Assembly (NCBI GenBank): GCA_964035545.1
Contig: OZ037771.1
Span: 10,358,480-10,422,479 of the forward strand
DNA: 64,000 bases
Source of the DNA: Bugula neritina
Taxonomy: Eukaryota > Animalia > Bryozoa
Direction: 5' to 3'
Shown here: positions 13,301 through 27,225 of the stretch, piece after piece
How positions within the stretch are numbered: position 1 is the stretch's first letter
How the letters are laid out: every line of letters begins with the position of its first letter
Notes under the pieces: generated by a model
What the model was told of the DNA's origin: nothing
Seen by the model: only the letters and a program-made list of their open reading frames with translations
The model's database searches: none
Translations under genes and position numbers: made by a program

Positions 13301-14660
13301 TGCCCAAATGTTCTAAATTTAGCCAAATATGCTAACAGTGTCAATAAAAGGCCAGAAGTACTGAAACGTACCCAATAGTGCTACAAACAGAACAAATGTG
13401 CCTAACAGTGCCAAAATGTGCTGAAACATGCCAAAATGTCCTAAAACATGCCCAAATGTGCTAAATCAAGCCAAGTATGCTAATAGTACCAATAATTGCC
13501 CAGAAGTACTGAAAAGCGCCAAATAGTGCTACAAACAGAACAAATGTGCCTAACAGTTCCCATATCTGCTAAAACATGCCAAAATGTGCTAATACATGCC
13601 CAAATGTGCTAAATCGAGCCAAATATGCTAATAGTACCAATAAGCGCATAAAGGTACTGAAAAGCACCCAATAGTGCTACAAACAGAACAAATATGCTTA
13701 ACAGTGCCTAAATGCGCTAAAACATGCCAAAATGTGCTAAAACATGCCCAAATGTGCTAAATCAAGCCAAATATGCTAATAGTACCAAAAAGTGCCCAGA
13801 TGTACTGAAACGCACCCAATAGTGCTAATAGTAGAACTACTGTGCTATACAGTGCCAAATGTGCTAAAACATGCTAAAATGTGCTAAAACATGCTCAAAT
13901 GTGCTAAATTGAGCCAAATATGCTAACAGTATCAATAAGTGCCCAGAAGTACTGAAAAGCACCCAATAGCGCTACAAACAGAACAAGTGTGTTTAACAGT
14001 TCCCATACGTGCTAAAACATGCCAAAATGTGCTAAAACATGCCCAAATGTGCTAAATTGAGCAAAATATGCTAATAGTACCAATAAGTGCCCAGAAGTAC
14101 AGAAAAGCACCCAATAATGCTACAAACAGAACAAATGTGCTTAAGAGTGCCCAAATGTGCTAAAACAGGTCAAAATTTGCTGAAACCTGCCCAAATGTGC
14201 TCATTTGAGCCAAATATGCTAACAGTACCAATAAGTGCCCAGAAGTACTGAAAAGCACCCAACAGTGCTAATAGTAGAACTACTGTGCTCAACGGTGCCC
14301 AAATGTGCTAAAACATGCCAAAATAAGCTAAAACATGCCCAAATGTGCTAAATCGATTCAAATATGCTAATAGTACCAATAAGTGCCCAGAAGTACTGAA
14401 ACGCACCTAATAGTGTTCATAGTAGAACTTGTGTGCTTAACAGTGCCCAATTGTCCTAAAACATGCCCAAATGTCCTAAAACATGCTTTAATGTGCTAAT
14501 TTGAGCCAAATATGCTAGCAGTACCAATGAGTGCATAAAAATACTAAAAAGCACCCAATAGTGCTACAAATAGAACAAATGTGCTTTACAGTGCCCAAAT
14601 GGTCTAAAACATGCCAAAATGTGCTAAAACATGTCCAAATGTGCCAAATTGACCCAAACA
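4394..14660 (+). repeat. Satellite A: tandem array with ~148-bp monomer (128/168-bp variants from loss/gain of a 20-bp AAAACATGCCCAAATGTGCT subunit), roughly 70 copies; also bases 1-37
   Basis: AGTACCAAT-type landmark at 4475, 4623, 4771, 4899, 5047 (spacings 148,148,128,148); internal 10/20-bp periodicity. Confidence 0.96.
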
Positions 14661-15335
14661 TGTTTTACCACATTTGGGCACTGTTAAGCACACTAGTTCT
14701 ACTATTAGATCTATTGGGCACGTTTTAGAACCTCTGGGCGCTTTTTGGTCTCATTAGCATGTTTGGCTCAATTTAGCAGATTTGGGCAATGTTAAGCACA
14801 CTAGTTTTACTATTAGCACTATTGGGCACGTTTCAGAACTTCTGGGCACTTATTGGTACTATTAGCATATTTGGCTCAATTTAGCACATTGGGCATGTTT
14901 TAGCACATTGGGCATGTTTTAGCACATTTGCGCACTGTTAAGCACACTAGTTCTACTATGAGCACTATTGGGAACGTTTCAGAACCTCTGGGCACTTATT
15001 GGTACTATTAGCATATTGGGCTCAATTTAGCACGTTTTTGCATGTTTTAGCACATTTGGGCTCTGTTAAACACACTAGTTCTACTATTAGCACTATTGGG
15101 CACGTTTCAGAACCTCTGGGCAGTTAATGGTATTGTTAGCATATTTGGCTCAATTTAGCATGTTTGGGCATGTTTTAGCACATTTGGGCACTGTTAAGCA
15201 CACTAGTTTTACTATTAGCACTATTGGGAATGTTTCAGAACCTTTGGGCACTTATTGGTACTATTAGCATATTGGGTTCAATTTAGCACGATTGGGCATG
15301 TTTTAGGACATTTGGGAACTGTTGAGCAGACTCGT
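14661..15335 (-). repeat. Satellite A variant in inverted orientation (108-146-bp monomers)
   Basis: Reverse complement of satellite A motifs (TTAGCACATTTGGGCACTGTTAAG); CACTAGTT landmark at 14691, 14799, 14945, 15073, 15201. Confidence 0.93.
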
Positions 15336-15339
15336 TTAA

Positions 15340-18300
15340 CTAAATATACTGTAACATGCTGAATTATATTAAAGCATACTGAAGTATACTGTAACATACT
15401 GAAGTATACTGTAAGGTACTGAAATGTACCGCAACATACTGCAATACACTGTAGCATACTGAAATATGCTGCTACATACCGAAATATACGGAAACATACT
15501 GAAATATAATGAATCATACTGAAATATACTGTAGCATATCCAAATTTACTGCAACATACTCAAATATACTGTAACATACTGTAATACGCTGTAATACACT
15601 GAAATATACTGTAACATACTGAAATATATAGTAACATACTAAACTATACTGTAACATACTAAAATATACTATAACATACTGAAATACACTGTAATGTACT
15701 AAACTATACTGCAACAAACTAAAATATACTGAAAAATACTGAAACATACTGAAATATACTGCAACATACTGAAACATTCTGAAATACACTGTAAAATACT
15801 GAGATATACGGTAACATACTGAAATAAACTGTAACATATTGAAATATATTGTAACATAATGAAATATACCGTAAAATACTGAAATAAACTGCAACCTTAT
15901 GATATCGACTGCTACATACTTAAAAATACTGCAACATGCTAAAAACACTGCAACATACTGAAATACACAGTAACGTACTGAAATATACTGCAAAATACTG
16001 GTAGATACTGCAACGAGCTGAAATATACTGTAACATACTAAAATATGCTGTAGAATCTTGAAATATACTGAAGCATACTGAAATATACTGCGACATACTG
16101 AAGTATACGGTAACATACTAAACTATTTTTAATATACCTAAATACACTGTAACATACTGCAACATACGGTAACATACTAAACTGTTTTACATTATACCTA
16201 CATACACTGCAACATTGTGAAATAAACTAGAACTCACGGTAAAAGTAGTGCAATATACTGGAATACACTGCAACATACTGAAATAAATTGCAATATAATG
16301 AAATAGACTGCAACATACTGAAATATATTGCAACATTCTGATATATACTGCAACATACTGATATATACTGCAACAAACTAAAATATACTGCAACATGCCG
16401 AAGTACACTGAAGCATACTGATATGTACTGCAACATATTGAAATATACTGCAAAGTACTGAAAGATACTGTAAAATACTGAAATACATTTTAAGATTCCC
16501 AAATATAGTACGACACTTTGAAATATACTCTAACATACTGAAATATACTGTAACATACTGAAATATACTGTAACATACTGACATATATGCTGTAACATAC
16601 TGACATATGCTGCAACATACTAAAATATACTGCAATATACTGATATCTGCTGCAACCTTCTGATATCTTCTGCAGCATAACTAAATATACTGCAACATGC
16701 TGGAAAACACTGCAACATACTGAAATACACAGTAAAATCCTGTAAAATACTGAAACATACTGACACATACTGAAATATACTAAAAGATACTGAAACATCC
16801 AGAAATATACCGTAAAAAACTGAAATATACGATATTATACTGAAATAAACTGTAACATATTGAAGTATATTGTAAAATAATGAAATATGCTGTAATATAC
16901 CGAAATATACTGTGACATAATGAAACTTACCGTAGCACACTGAAATATACTGCAAAATACTGAAATATGCTGCGACATACTGAGATATACTGCAACAAAC
17001 TGAGATATACTGAAACATACTGGGATATACTGTAAAATACTGAAATATACTGTAACATGCTGAAATATACTGCAGCATACTGAAATATACTGTAACATTA
17101 TGAAATAAAAAGTAAAATACAGAAATATACTGTAGCATACTGAAGTTTACTGTAGCACACAGAAACATACTGCGAAATAATAAAATATGCTGTAACATAC
17201 TGAAATACACTGCAACAAACTGAAATATACTGAAACATACTGAAACATACTTGAATATATTGGAACATACTGAATTATACTTTAAAAAAACTGAAATATA
17301 CGCTAACATACTGAAATAAACTGTGACATATTGAAATGTAATGTAACATAGTGAAATATACTATAATATACTGAAATATACTGCAACATACTAAAATATA
17401 CTGCAATATACTGAGATCTACTGCAACCTTCTGATGTCTACTGCACCATAATTAAATTTACTGTAACATGCTGAATTAAACCGCAATATGCTGAAATATA
17501 CTGCAACATGCTGAAAAACACTGTAACGTACTGAAATACACAGTAACATATTGAAATATACCGAAACATACTGAGCCATACTGAAATATCCTGTAAAATC
17601 CTAAATATACTGTAACATATCTAAATATACTATAACATACTGAAATATATGGTAACATACAAAACTATACTGTGAGATACTAAAATTTACTGTAACATGC
17701 TGAACCATACTGTAATATATTGAAACATACTGCAATATACTGAAATATACTGTAACATACTGAAAGATAATGTAACATACTGAAATGTACTGTAACATAC
17801 CTAATTATACTGTAACAAACTGAAATATACTGTAACACACTGAAATAAACTGTAACATACTGAAATAGTTTGTAACATAGTAAAAGATACTGCAAAATGC
17901 TGAAATATACTGTTACATACTGAGATATGCTGTAACATACTGATATATACTGTAACATACTAAACTATACTACAAAACACTAAAATATACTGTATCATAC
18001 TGAAATAAACTGCAACATACTAAAATATACTGCAGCACACTGAAATATACTGTATCATACTGAAATATGCGGTAATATACTGAAACATGCTGTAAAATCT
18101 TGAAATATACTGTAACATACTGTTTATACTCTGACATACTTAGTTGTACTGCAACATACGGAAATATACAGTAACATACTAAACTGTTTTACAACATACC
18201 CTAATACACTGTAACATACTGAAATAAACTATAACATACTGAAATATACTGTAACATACTGAAATACGCTGTAACATACCAAAATATGCTGTAGCATACT

Positions 18301-20610
18301 GAAAGATACTGTATCATGCCTAAATATACTCGAACATGCTAAAGTATACTGTAACATACTGAAATATACCGAAACATACTGAAATATCCTGTATAATCTG
18401 AAATATACTGAAACATACTGAAATATATGGTAAAATACTAAACTATACTGTGAGATACTAAAATTTACTGTAACATGCTAAAATATACTGCAACATACTG
18501 AAATATAATGCAACATACTGAACTATACTGTAACATAGTTAATTATGCTGTAACAAACTGAAATATACTGTAACACACTGAAATAGTTTGTAACATAATA
18601 AAATATACTGCAAAATACTAAAATTTAATGTAACCTACTGACATATGCTGTAACATACTAAAACATTCTGTAACATACTAAATTATATTATAAAATAATT
18701 AAATATACTGTATCATACTAAAATAAACTGTAACATACCAAAATATACTGTAGCACACTGAAATATATTGCTGTATAATCTGAAATATGCTGTAACATAC
18801 TAAAATATCCTGCAACATACTGAAATATGCTGTAACATACCAAAAAATGCTGTAGCATACTGAAAGATACTGTAACATGCCTAAATATATACTGGAACAT
18901 ACTAAAATGTACTGTAACATGATAAAAATTTACTGATACATAATGAAATACACTGTGAAACACGGAAATATACTGTGAGACACTGAAATATACTGTAGCA
19001 CACTGAATTATACTCTAACACACTGAAATATGATTTAAAATACTGAAATTTGCTGTAACAACCTGAAATATACTGTAACATACTGAAATATACTGAAACA
19101 TGCTGAAACATACTGAAATATACTGAAACATACTGAAATATACTGTAAAATACTGAAATATACTTTAACATACTGAAATAAACTGTAACATACTGAAATA
19201 AACTGTAACATATTGAAAAATGTTGTAACAAAATGAAACATACTGTAATATCCTGGAATATACTGTAACATACTGAAACTTACCGTAGCACACCGAAATA
19301 TACTGCAATATACTGAAATATGCTGTGACATAATGAAATATACTGCGACAAATTGAGATATACTGGAACATACTGTAACATACTGAATTAAAAAGTAACA
19401 TACTGAAATATACTGAACCTTACTGAAATATACTGTAAAATAGGTAAATGAACTGTAGCATGCTGAGGTATACTGTAACATGCTGAATTATACTGTAAAA
19501 TACTGAATATACTGTAACATACCTACGTACACTGTAACATACGGAAATAAACAGGAACTTACTGAAAATGTACTGCAACATACTAAAATACACTGCAACA
19601 TACTAAAATATACTGCAAAATACTGATATATGCTGCAATATACTGATGTATACTGCAACATACTGAAATATATTGCAATACACTGAAATATACTGTAATA
19701 TACAGAAATATACTGTAACACAATGAAATGTACGGTAACATACTTAGATATACAGTAACATACTTGAATGAACTCTAACATACTGAAAGATACTGTAACA
19801 TACTGAAATATGCCGCAACATACTAAAATATATGGCAATATACTGAAATATTTTGTAACCTTCTGATATCTACTGCAACATACTCAAATATACTGCAACA
19901 TGCTGAATTAAGCTGCAACATGCGGAAATATACTGCAACATTTTAAAATACACTGCAAGATACTGGAATACACTGAAACATACTGAAATTTACTGTAACC
20001 TAGCGGAATATACTGTAACATACTTAAATATACTGTAACGTATTGAAATATACTGCAATATACTGAAATATACTGCAACATTCTGAAATGTACCGTACTA
20101 TTTTGAAATATACTGAACTATACTGAAGTGCGCTGGAACATCCTGTAATATACTATAACATACTGAAATTTAATGCAAATTACTAAAATCTACTGCAACA
20201 TACTGAAATATACTGCAACATCCCAAAAAAACTGTATTGCTGTACTGAAACACACTGCAACATATTTGAATATACTGCAACATACCTAAATGTACTGCAG
20301 CATACTGAAATATACCGCAGCAGACTAAATATACTGTAACGGACTGAGATATACTGTCAGGTACTGAAATATACTGTAACATACTGAAATATACTATAAC
20401 CTACTGAAATATACTGTAACATACTGAAATATACTGTAACATACTGAAATATACTCTAACCTACTGAAATATACTGTAATATACTGAAATGTACTGTAGC
20501 ACCCTGTAATATGCTCTAACACACCGAAGTTTACGGTAAACAAACTGAAATATGCTCCAAACTGCTGAAATGTGCTGTAACATTTTGAAATATGCTTTAC
20601 CATTCTGAAG
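15340..20610 (+). repeat. Satellite B: 10/20-bp tandem repeat (TACTGAAATA TACTGTAACA)
   Basis: About 5.3 kb of near-continuous 10-bp periodicity; source of the many spurious MLQYISVCYS-type ORFs. Confidence 0.96.
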
Positions 20611-20639
20611 TAGTTCTGAAGTAGTTCAACGACATCACG

Positions 20640-21797
20640 TAGTTATATGACATTGCATTACACTAATTTATGATGTGTTAGATTGCATTACACTATAATA
20701 CGATGTATTGCATTGTGTTACGATATGCTTCAGTATATTACACTGTGTTACAGTATATCAAAGTGTATTGCAGTAGGTTCCACTACAATACAATGTATTA
20801 TAGTATGTTTCAGTCTATTACAGTGCATTACAGTATATTACAGTGCATTGCATTGTATTACAGTATCTTACAGCTATTTGCAATTTTCGGCAGTCTTTTG
20901 CAGTATGTTACATTATAGTAGAGTCAGTTATGGTATGTCCCAGTATACTACATTGCATTACAGTATATTACGGTGTTTTGCATGCTATGAAAATGGTTTG
21001 CAGTGTATTAAAGCATATTTCAGTTTATTACATTGTATTGCAGTGTTTTACAGGTTCTTATTTAATGGTGCATGTTATTATAGTGTCTGACATAGCATTA
21101 CAGTTCATCACAGTGTATTACATTGCATTACATTATATTACGATGTATTGCAGTGTGTTGTGTTATGTTTCACAATAATACAATGTATTGCAATATGTTT
21201 TAGTTTAGTACACTAGATTACAGTGCATTGCAGTGCATTACAGTATATTACCGCCTGCAACAATATAAAACAGTGTGTTACATTACATTTCAGTATATTA
21301 CAATGTGTAGCATTGTATTACAATTTTTTACTGTATATTACTGTGTATTATGGTATATTTTAGTATGTTTCAGTTTAAGAAACTAGATTACAGTGCATTG
21401 CAGTGTATAACAGTATACTTCAGCATGTCACAAAGTTAAGCTATAACCATATATTTGAGTGTATTACAATGTATAAAATTGTATTACAATTTCTTACAAT
21501 ATATTAAGGTGCATTAAAATATATTACAATCTAATTTAATGTATTACGATATATTATGGTATGTTGCAATAAATTGTAGTTCATTGCAGTGTATCAAAGT
21601 ATATTACAGATTTTACGTTGTATTAACGTGTTCTACAGGATATAATAAAATGTTACAGGTTACTACAGTGTCTGAGAACTTACGACATTCCATTACATAA
21701 TATATTACGGTGTATTACAGTGTGTTACATTATGTTTCAGTATATTACAATGTATTACAATATATTACAATGTGCTGCACTATTTTGCAGTGCATTC
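20640..21797 (-). repeat. Satellite C (diverged 10-bp TACTGTAATA-type), reverse orientation
   Basis: TTACAGTATA/TTACAGTGTA repeats; segments match the reverse complement of 37200-37320. Confidence 0.88.
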
Positions 21798-21898
21798 CAT
21801 GCTCGCCCATTTTAACACATTTGGGCACATGTTAGCGCATTTGGGCACTTTTCAGTCCATGTGGGCTTGTTTCATCACATTAGGGCAATTTTCAGCAT

Positions 21899-24053
21899 GG
21901 TCACCTTTGGTCACCTTTCACCGCCGTGGTCCTGCGCGAGTGGCGGGTTTTTGCTTGATACCAAGTTATATCAGACTTCTCCATCGCACTCGATCTTCAG
22001 CATCTGCACCATCTAGATTAAGCCATCTAAGGTCTGAGTTTATTGTATCACGCCATCTTTGCTTCGGTCTACCCCTAGGTCGAACTCCTTCAACTGTCAT
22101 CTCTGACACTCTCCAGATGTCTTCCTCACTTTCTCTTTTTCTAACATGTCCATACCACTGCATCCGTCTTTTCCTCATCAGGTGTTTAATTGGCATCACT
22201 TTGGCTTCTGCTGTTATTTCCTCATTTGGCTTATGATCCTCTAAACTGACATTCAGACTGTATCGCAGCATGCGCATCTCACATGATGACATCTTGTCTG
22301 CTCGAGATTTTGTGATGGGCCAGGTCTCATTTCCGGATAGAAGGGTTGGTCTGATAGCTATTTTGTAAATCAGCACTTTGAGTTTTATGGGCATTTTCTT
22401 GTCACAGAGCACACCAGACAGCTCTCGCCACTTATTCCAAGCCTTGGATATTCTCAGCTCAACCTCCCTCTGGCAGCCTCCCTCTTGTTGGGTTGTTGTG
22501 CCCAAGTACTTGAATTTGGAATACTTAGGCAGGCTTTCTATAACCTGACTACCATACTTCTTTATCCCGATGTTTTCTTGGTTTCCAACTGCTGGCAGAT
22601 GCTCGGTTTTCTTTTGACTTATCTTCAATCCTGCTGCCTCTATTTTCTCTCTCCAGATCTCTAACCTTCTTTCTAATCTCTCTCTATTACTGTCGCACAG
22701 GACCAGATCATCGGCAAATAGCATTGCCCATGGGCTGTCCTCATTTATGTCTTCTGCTAGGACATCCATAATAATGATAAATAGCAGCGAGCTTAGTGCC
22801 GATCCCTGATGTAATCTGACTTCGATTTGGATTTTGCTTGTCAACCCAGAATCTGTCCTAACACTAGTGCTGCAATCTTCGTACATGTCCTTTATGATGT
22901 TGATGTACTGCTCTGGGACCATTTGCTTCCGTAGGCAGTGCCATATTAACTCACGTGGTTTAGTGTCGTAGGCTTTTTCAAGGTCCACGAACACCATATA
23001 GAGCTCTTTGTTGTGTTCTCTGTGTTTTTCTTGCAGTATTCGGAGGCAGAACATGGGTTCTGTGATTGATTTCCCTTTCTGAAATCCATACTGATTTTGC
23101 TTGATTGTGACTAATTCTCTGATTCTCTGTTTGATGATCCTCTCCAATAGTTTGAGGCAGTGGCTTTGCAGTTTTATCCCCCTGTAGTTTCCACAGTCTA
23201 GTGGGTCTCCTTTCTGTTTATATATTGGTGTTATCGTGCTTTCTCTCCAGTCTGGTGGTATCCTTTCCAAGATGATGTTGTTCAAACACGCTGTCATCCA
23301 TGTAGTTCCTCTTTCTTTCAGCAACTTTATGATGTCAATTGGTAGCTGGTCTGGCCCTGTGGCTTTGTTAGCTTTCATATTTCCTATATAGGTGTTGACT
23401 TCGTCTTCATGGATTTCCGGTATTGGTCCTTGCACTGGTAACTGCGGTGGCAGTTCCTCCCTGTTGTTCTCATTATTTAGTAGGCCATTGAAGTAGTTTT
23501 TCCATCTCTTTTTGATTTGCTCGTCTTCATACAGGATCTTTCCATTTACGTCTTTGACAAAAGGTATTCTGTCAATATCCTTAGATCTCCGGTGTCTAGT
23601 TTTAGCTAGGCGGTGGATGATCTTTGGTCCATTTTTGTCTAATTCATCATATAAGTTTTCTGATGCTGCTTGTTTTGCTATAGCTACCTTTTCCCTGCTT
23701 ATCTTGTTCGGACTGGTGTATCGTTCTCTTGCTTCTTCTTTGTTTTCTTCACTTGCTATTTTCCACTCTTTCCATGCTTCTCTTTTCTCTTTCACTGCTG
23801 ACTGTACTTCTTCATTCCACCACCAAGACTCTTTTCTAGGTACTTTCCTGTCACTGACTCTCCGAGAATCTTCTTGGCTGTCTTTATGACCATTGGATAG
23901 GTTTCTGCCCACTGCAAACCTTCTTCAGTGTAGATTTCATCTAGCTTCTCACTCAGTTTCTCCAAGAGCTCTTTCCCCTCCGGTTTTCTGAGTTTCCACC
24001 AGCTAATTCTGCTTTCTCTTTTTCTCAGTGTTTTCTTATTCTTTCTGGCTAGG
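21899..24053 (-). mobile_element. 5'-truncated RTE-clade non-LTR retrotransposon (LINE)
   Basis: 17-bp TSD AGGGCAATTTTCAGCAT at 21882-21898 and 24054-24070; 3' tail (AAAGGTGACC)x2 on minus strand; RT ORF; endonuclease domain absent. Confidence 0.93.
21966..24053 (-). pseudogene. RTE reverse transcriptase ORF, truncated and frameshifted
   Basis: KATGPD, NYRGIKL, QYGFQKG, FVDLEKAYD, LHQGSALS, FADD, FKYLG, RRMQWYGHV, RPRGRPKQRW motifs; the upstream RISWWKL segment (23792-24070 ORF) joins by a frameshift near 23835. Confidence 0.92.
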
Positions 24054-25069
24054 AGGGCAATTTTCAGCATATTTAGCCCATTTTAGCACATTTAGGCACA
24101 AGTTGGGCATTTTGGCACTTTTCAGCACATTAGTGTAATTATTAGCACATTTGCCCAATTTAGCACAGTTGATCACTTTTCGGCACATTTGAGCACTTTT
24201 CACTACACTAAGGCAACAATTAGCACATTTGGCCCAAATTAGCACATTTGGGCACGGTTTAGCACTTTTGGGCACTTTTCAGCATATTTTGGCATTTTTC
24301 AGCACATTAGTTGGACTAATAGCACTTTTGCACAGTTAATTTAAGGTCAAAACTTTCCAGATATAGGCACTGTAAAAGAAAAATTTCTGATGAAGTTGTC
24401 ACACAATAAGTAAAACCTTAACCCTCCATGTTCCACTGCTGTAGCATAGGGGATTAATTTTATCAGGTCTAAAATTCCAACTTGACGTTCTTTTCTATGT
24501 TTTCTCTAATATACTTTCTTGGTTTTTCAAAATTATGTTTATGCTTTTTGCAATTTGGTCAAAACGTACACCATTTTGCAAGCTTCATTGCAATTTTCTA
24601 GATCATTATTCTTATGGTGGTTCTAGCTCCGCTCCTGTGACTAATTATACATTCCTAGTACATTTGCCGCTCCACATGTTATCACAATAACATAGTACCT
24701 TCTTGTGCAAATTGGCACTGAAGGGCATTTTCTCACTATATCCTTTGTTCGTTTGAAAAAGTTAGTTTCAGCTAAATCTACCACCACCCACCTCACTTTG
24801 CAGTCTTGTGAGTAAAGATCTGTTTATAGTGCATCAGGTGTACTTTCAGTATCTCTAATTCACATATGATTATTTTAAGTACATTATATTCAATAAAATC
24901 AGTTTAAGGTTTAGCCCAGTGTTCAGTATCTAATTGGTATGCATGTTTGTTGTCCAACTGTTGAATAATATGTTAAAAGTGGAAGAAATTCTACAGCTAT
25001 AGCCATTTTTCCTCATCCCCATTATTACACATATAAATGTGTAGGATTTGCATAAGTTCACAAAAGAAA

Positions 25070-25145
25070 TTTGCCTCGGCAAAGGGGTTGAACCAAGACC
25101 CTCTATTTTTTAACTGGCCACACATACACTGTACCAAAGAAAGCA
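25070..25145 (-). mobile_element. Possible decayed tRNA-derived SINE head
   Basis: Minus strand has A-box-like TGGTACAGTG (25127-25136) and B-box-like GGTTCAACCCC (25084-25094) at tRNA-like spacing; no convincing cloverleaf. Confidence 0.3.
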
Positions 25146-26561
25146 CTATATGAGTAACTATCATAACATAAATATTTGGATGGGTTATACTTATTAGGCT
25201 GTTGATTAGCAGAGACTAGCTATATTATGGAGAAATATTTGGTTTTGGCAACCTACCCGATTGCATTCTACAATACAGCTCATATGCTAGCAGTTGTAAT
25301 AAGTGCTCGCTATAGCAATGACTAGCTCTAGCAGTGTTTAACCTCTTAAATAACTGCGCCAATTTTTAAAGTCTATTGGAGGTTTGCCAAGTTATCATAT
25401 TGCAGCCAGTACCTTAGACAAAGCATCGCAGCTATTCATATACGTACTGTTGCACTTGGTAGCAGATTGGCTAATCAAGTAACCTATTATAATTGAACAC
25501 CCTTTAATTTAGGAATACAGCCTCTTTTTTAGGTTTACCTAACAAACCATGAAGGTATCTAAACTAATATTCTAATGATTTAGAGGCACATTTTAAAAAT
25601 TAGGTTAATTGCACTTGTTTGAATAACAATAATAATATAATGATATATAATAAATAATAATATAATACAATAAATAACACATAATATATAGTATACTATA
25701 ATGATAATAATATAATAATATAAGTAACATTACTGCATTTTATAACTCGGGTGGTTGCCAAAGAAATCTATCACACCAATTCTGTAATTACTTCACAAAT
25801 GTGTTTAGTGTATGAATTAATCTCAGCTGTAACTATTACATGCACTTGCCTGCTAGTTTCAACTGCTGCCAATAAACATACCGTTCAAACTGTTTCATAA
25901 CTCAACTACATGCAGATTACCTGCTGTCACAGCAATAGCTTACACTGAGTGGCTTTCCCATTTCTATAATATATGTTTACTAAAGTAAAAGAGAATGACA
26001 GGCAGTTATTATTACCCTGTTATTCAATAATCAACCTTTTATAAGAGGATATGTAATTAATTTTTATGCCATCTGTAGCTTTTATAAATGATTTGGCATG
26101 CCTGGGCTACCTCTGCCTTGATGAATGGGGAGGGGAGCTATTTCGGCTGCTATTATATTATACTACTAGCTTAGTTCTCAAAATAATCAGTCCTCATCTA
26201 GAAGTTGAATTAAAAGGTTACAGATTTGAAGAGGTTATCATAATATTTATAAATTAGATAGAGATCGTACTGTGTTGTACGAGTTAGAATTACAAAGGTA
26301 TGTTTGCTTGTTTGTGTTGTTAAACATTATTTTGTATAGTTATGTATCATGTCGTTGAGGTTTCTTTGGTGTTTCAGTGTTAAATTTTTACTGTTGAACA
26401 AATAACCATTATTAAAGAATGTTAGTCTCCTATATATTTTGCTGTTGAAAAATTATCATGTGTACTTTGAGATTTCACGCTGTTATTAGATTCAATAAAA
26501 GGAACTGTTGAATTCTAACTAGTAAATCTAACTAATCTCCTACAATCACATAGTACCATAT

Positions 26562-27225
26562 TGTAGTGAATTTTGCCAGTTCACTATTATTATGTGTGGG
26601 TCAACTTAGACAAAGCCACTGCACCAGGTTGTTTACGATAAGATACACTTTATTATTTACACAAATACAAGAAAGTTATTTACTGCTAGCATGAATAGAA
26701 AACGATTACATAATTAGTGAGCTTTAATACGCAACTACTCTAAATGAAGTCCCAAGCTGCTCTGCCGGCTAGCTACTCAGCGCACTGCAACTACGAGTAG
26801 CTAGCTCCACCTGCTGTTAATTAGTGTGACTGTCCTGATTGGTGGTTACTAATGGTGCCACTGCTGTCCATAGTTACACTCCGACAGTGTCGAACTCTAC
26901 TATAGCATACAATGTAGAGTTGACCTTTTCGATGCTAATTAACTCCATCCATAAGCATAACGCTATCATCTTCTACTGAGCACACTAACTGTCAGTGCAA
27001 ACCATCTACGCCTCCTACAGTTGTTGATTCCATTTAACTAGTCTTGCCTTGTTTAACTGCGTGCATTAGTAGCTAGCAATAATTGTCCAGCAGATTGTAC
27101 GCATTCCAATTGTCAGCTATTATGATAATTGATCTCCAGTACTTATAGCCATTATGCCAAGCGTATAGAGAGTAAGCCACAAAGAGTTATCCTTTCGATA
27201 ATAACATAATCTGAAATCCATTACA
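26562..27225 (-). repeat. 3' LTR of Gypsy-2 (664 bp)
   Basis: Direct repeat of 33505-34168; TG...CA; minus-strand AATAAA at 26649-26654. Confidence 0.96.

Larger units (their letters stand above)
21798..24335 (-). repeat. Short diverged satellite A-related block (reverse), split by the RTE insertion into 21798-21898 and 24054-24335
   Basis: TTAGCACATTTGGGCAC motifs on both sides of the LINE. Confidence 0.8.

Noticed and set aside
6394-21178. Dozens of hydrophobic ORFs (MLFSTSEHLLV..., MLQYISVCYS...) resembling membrane or repeat proteins
   Set aside because: They are translations of satellite strands that happen to lack stops; they occur in all frames, overlap each other and have no splice or domain support
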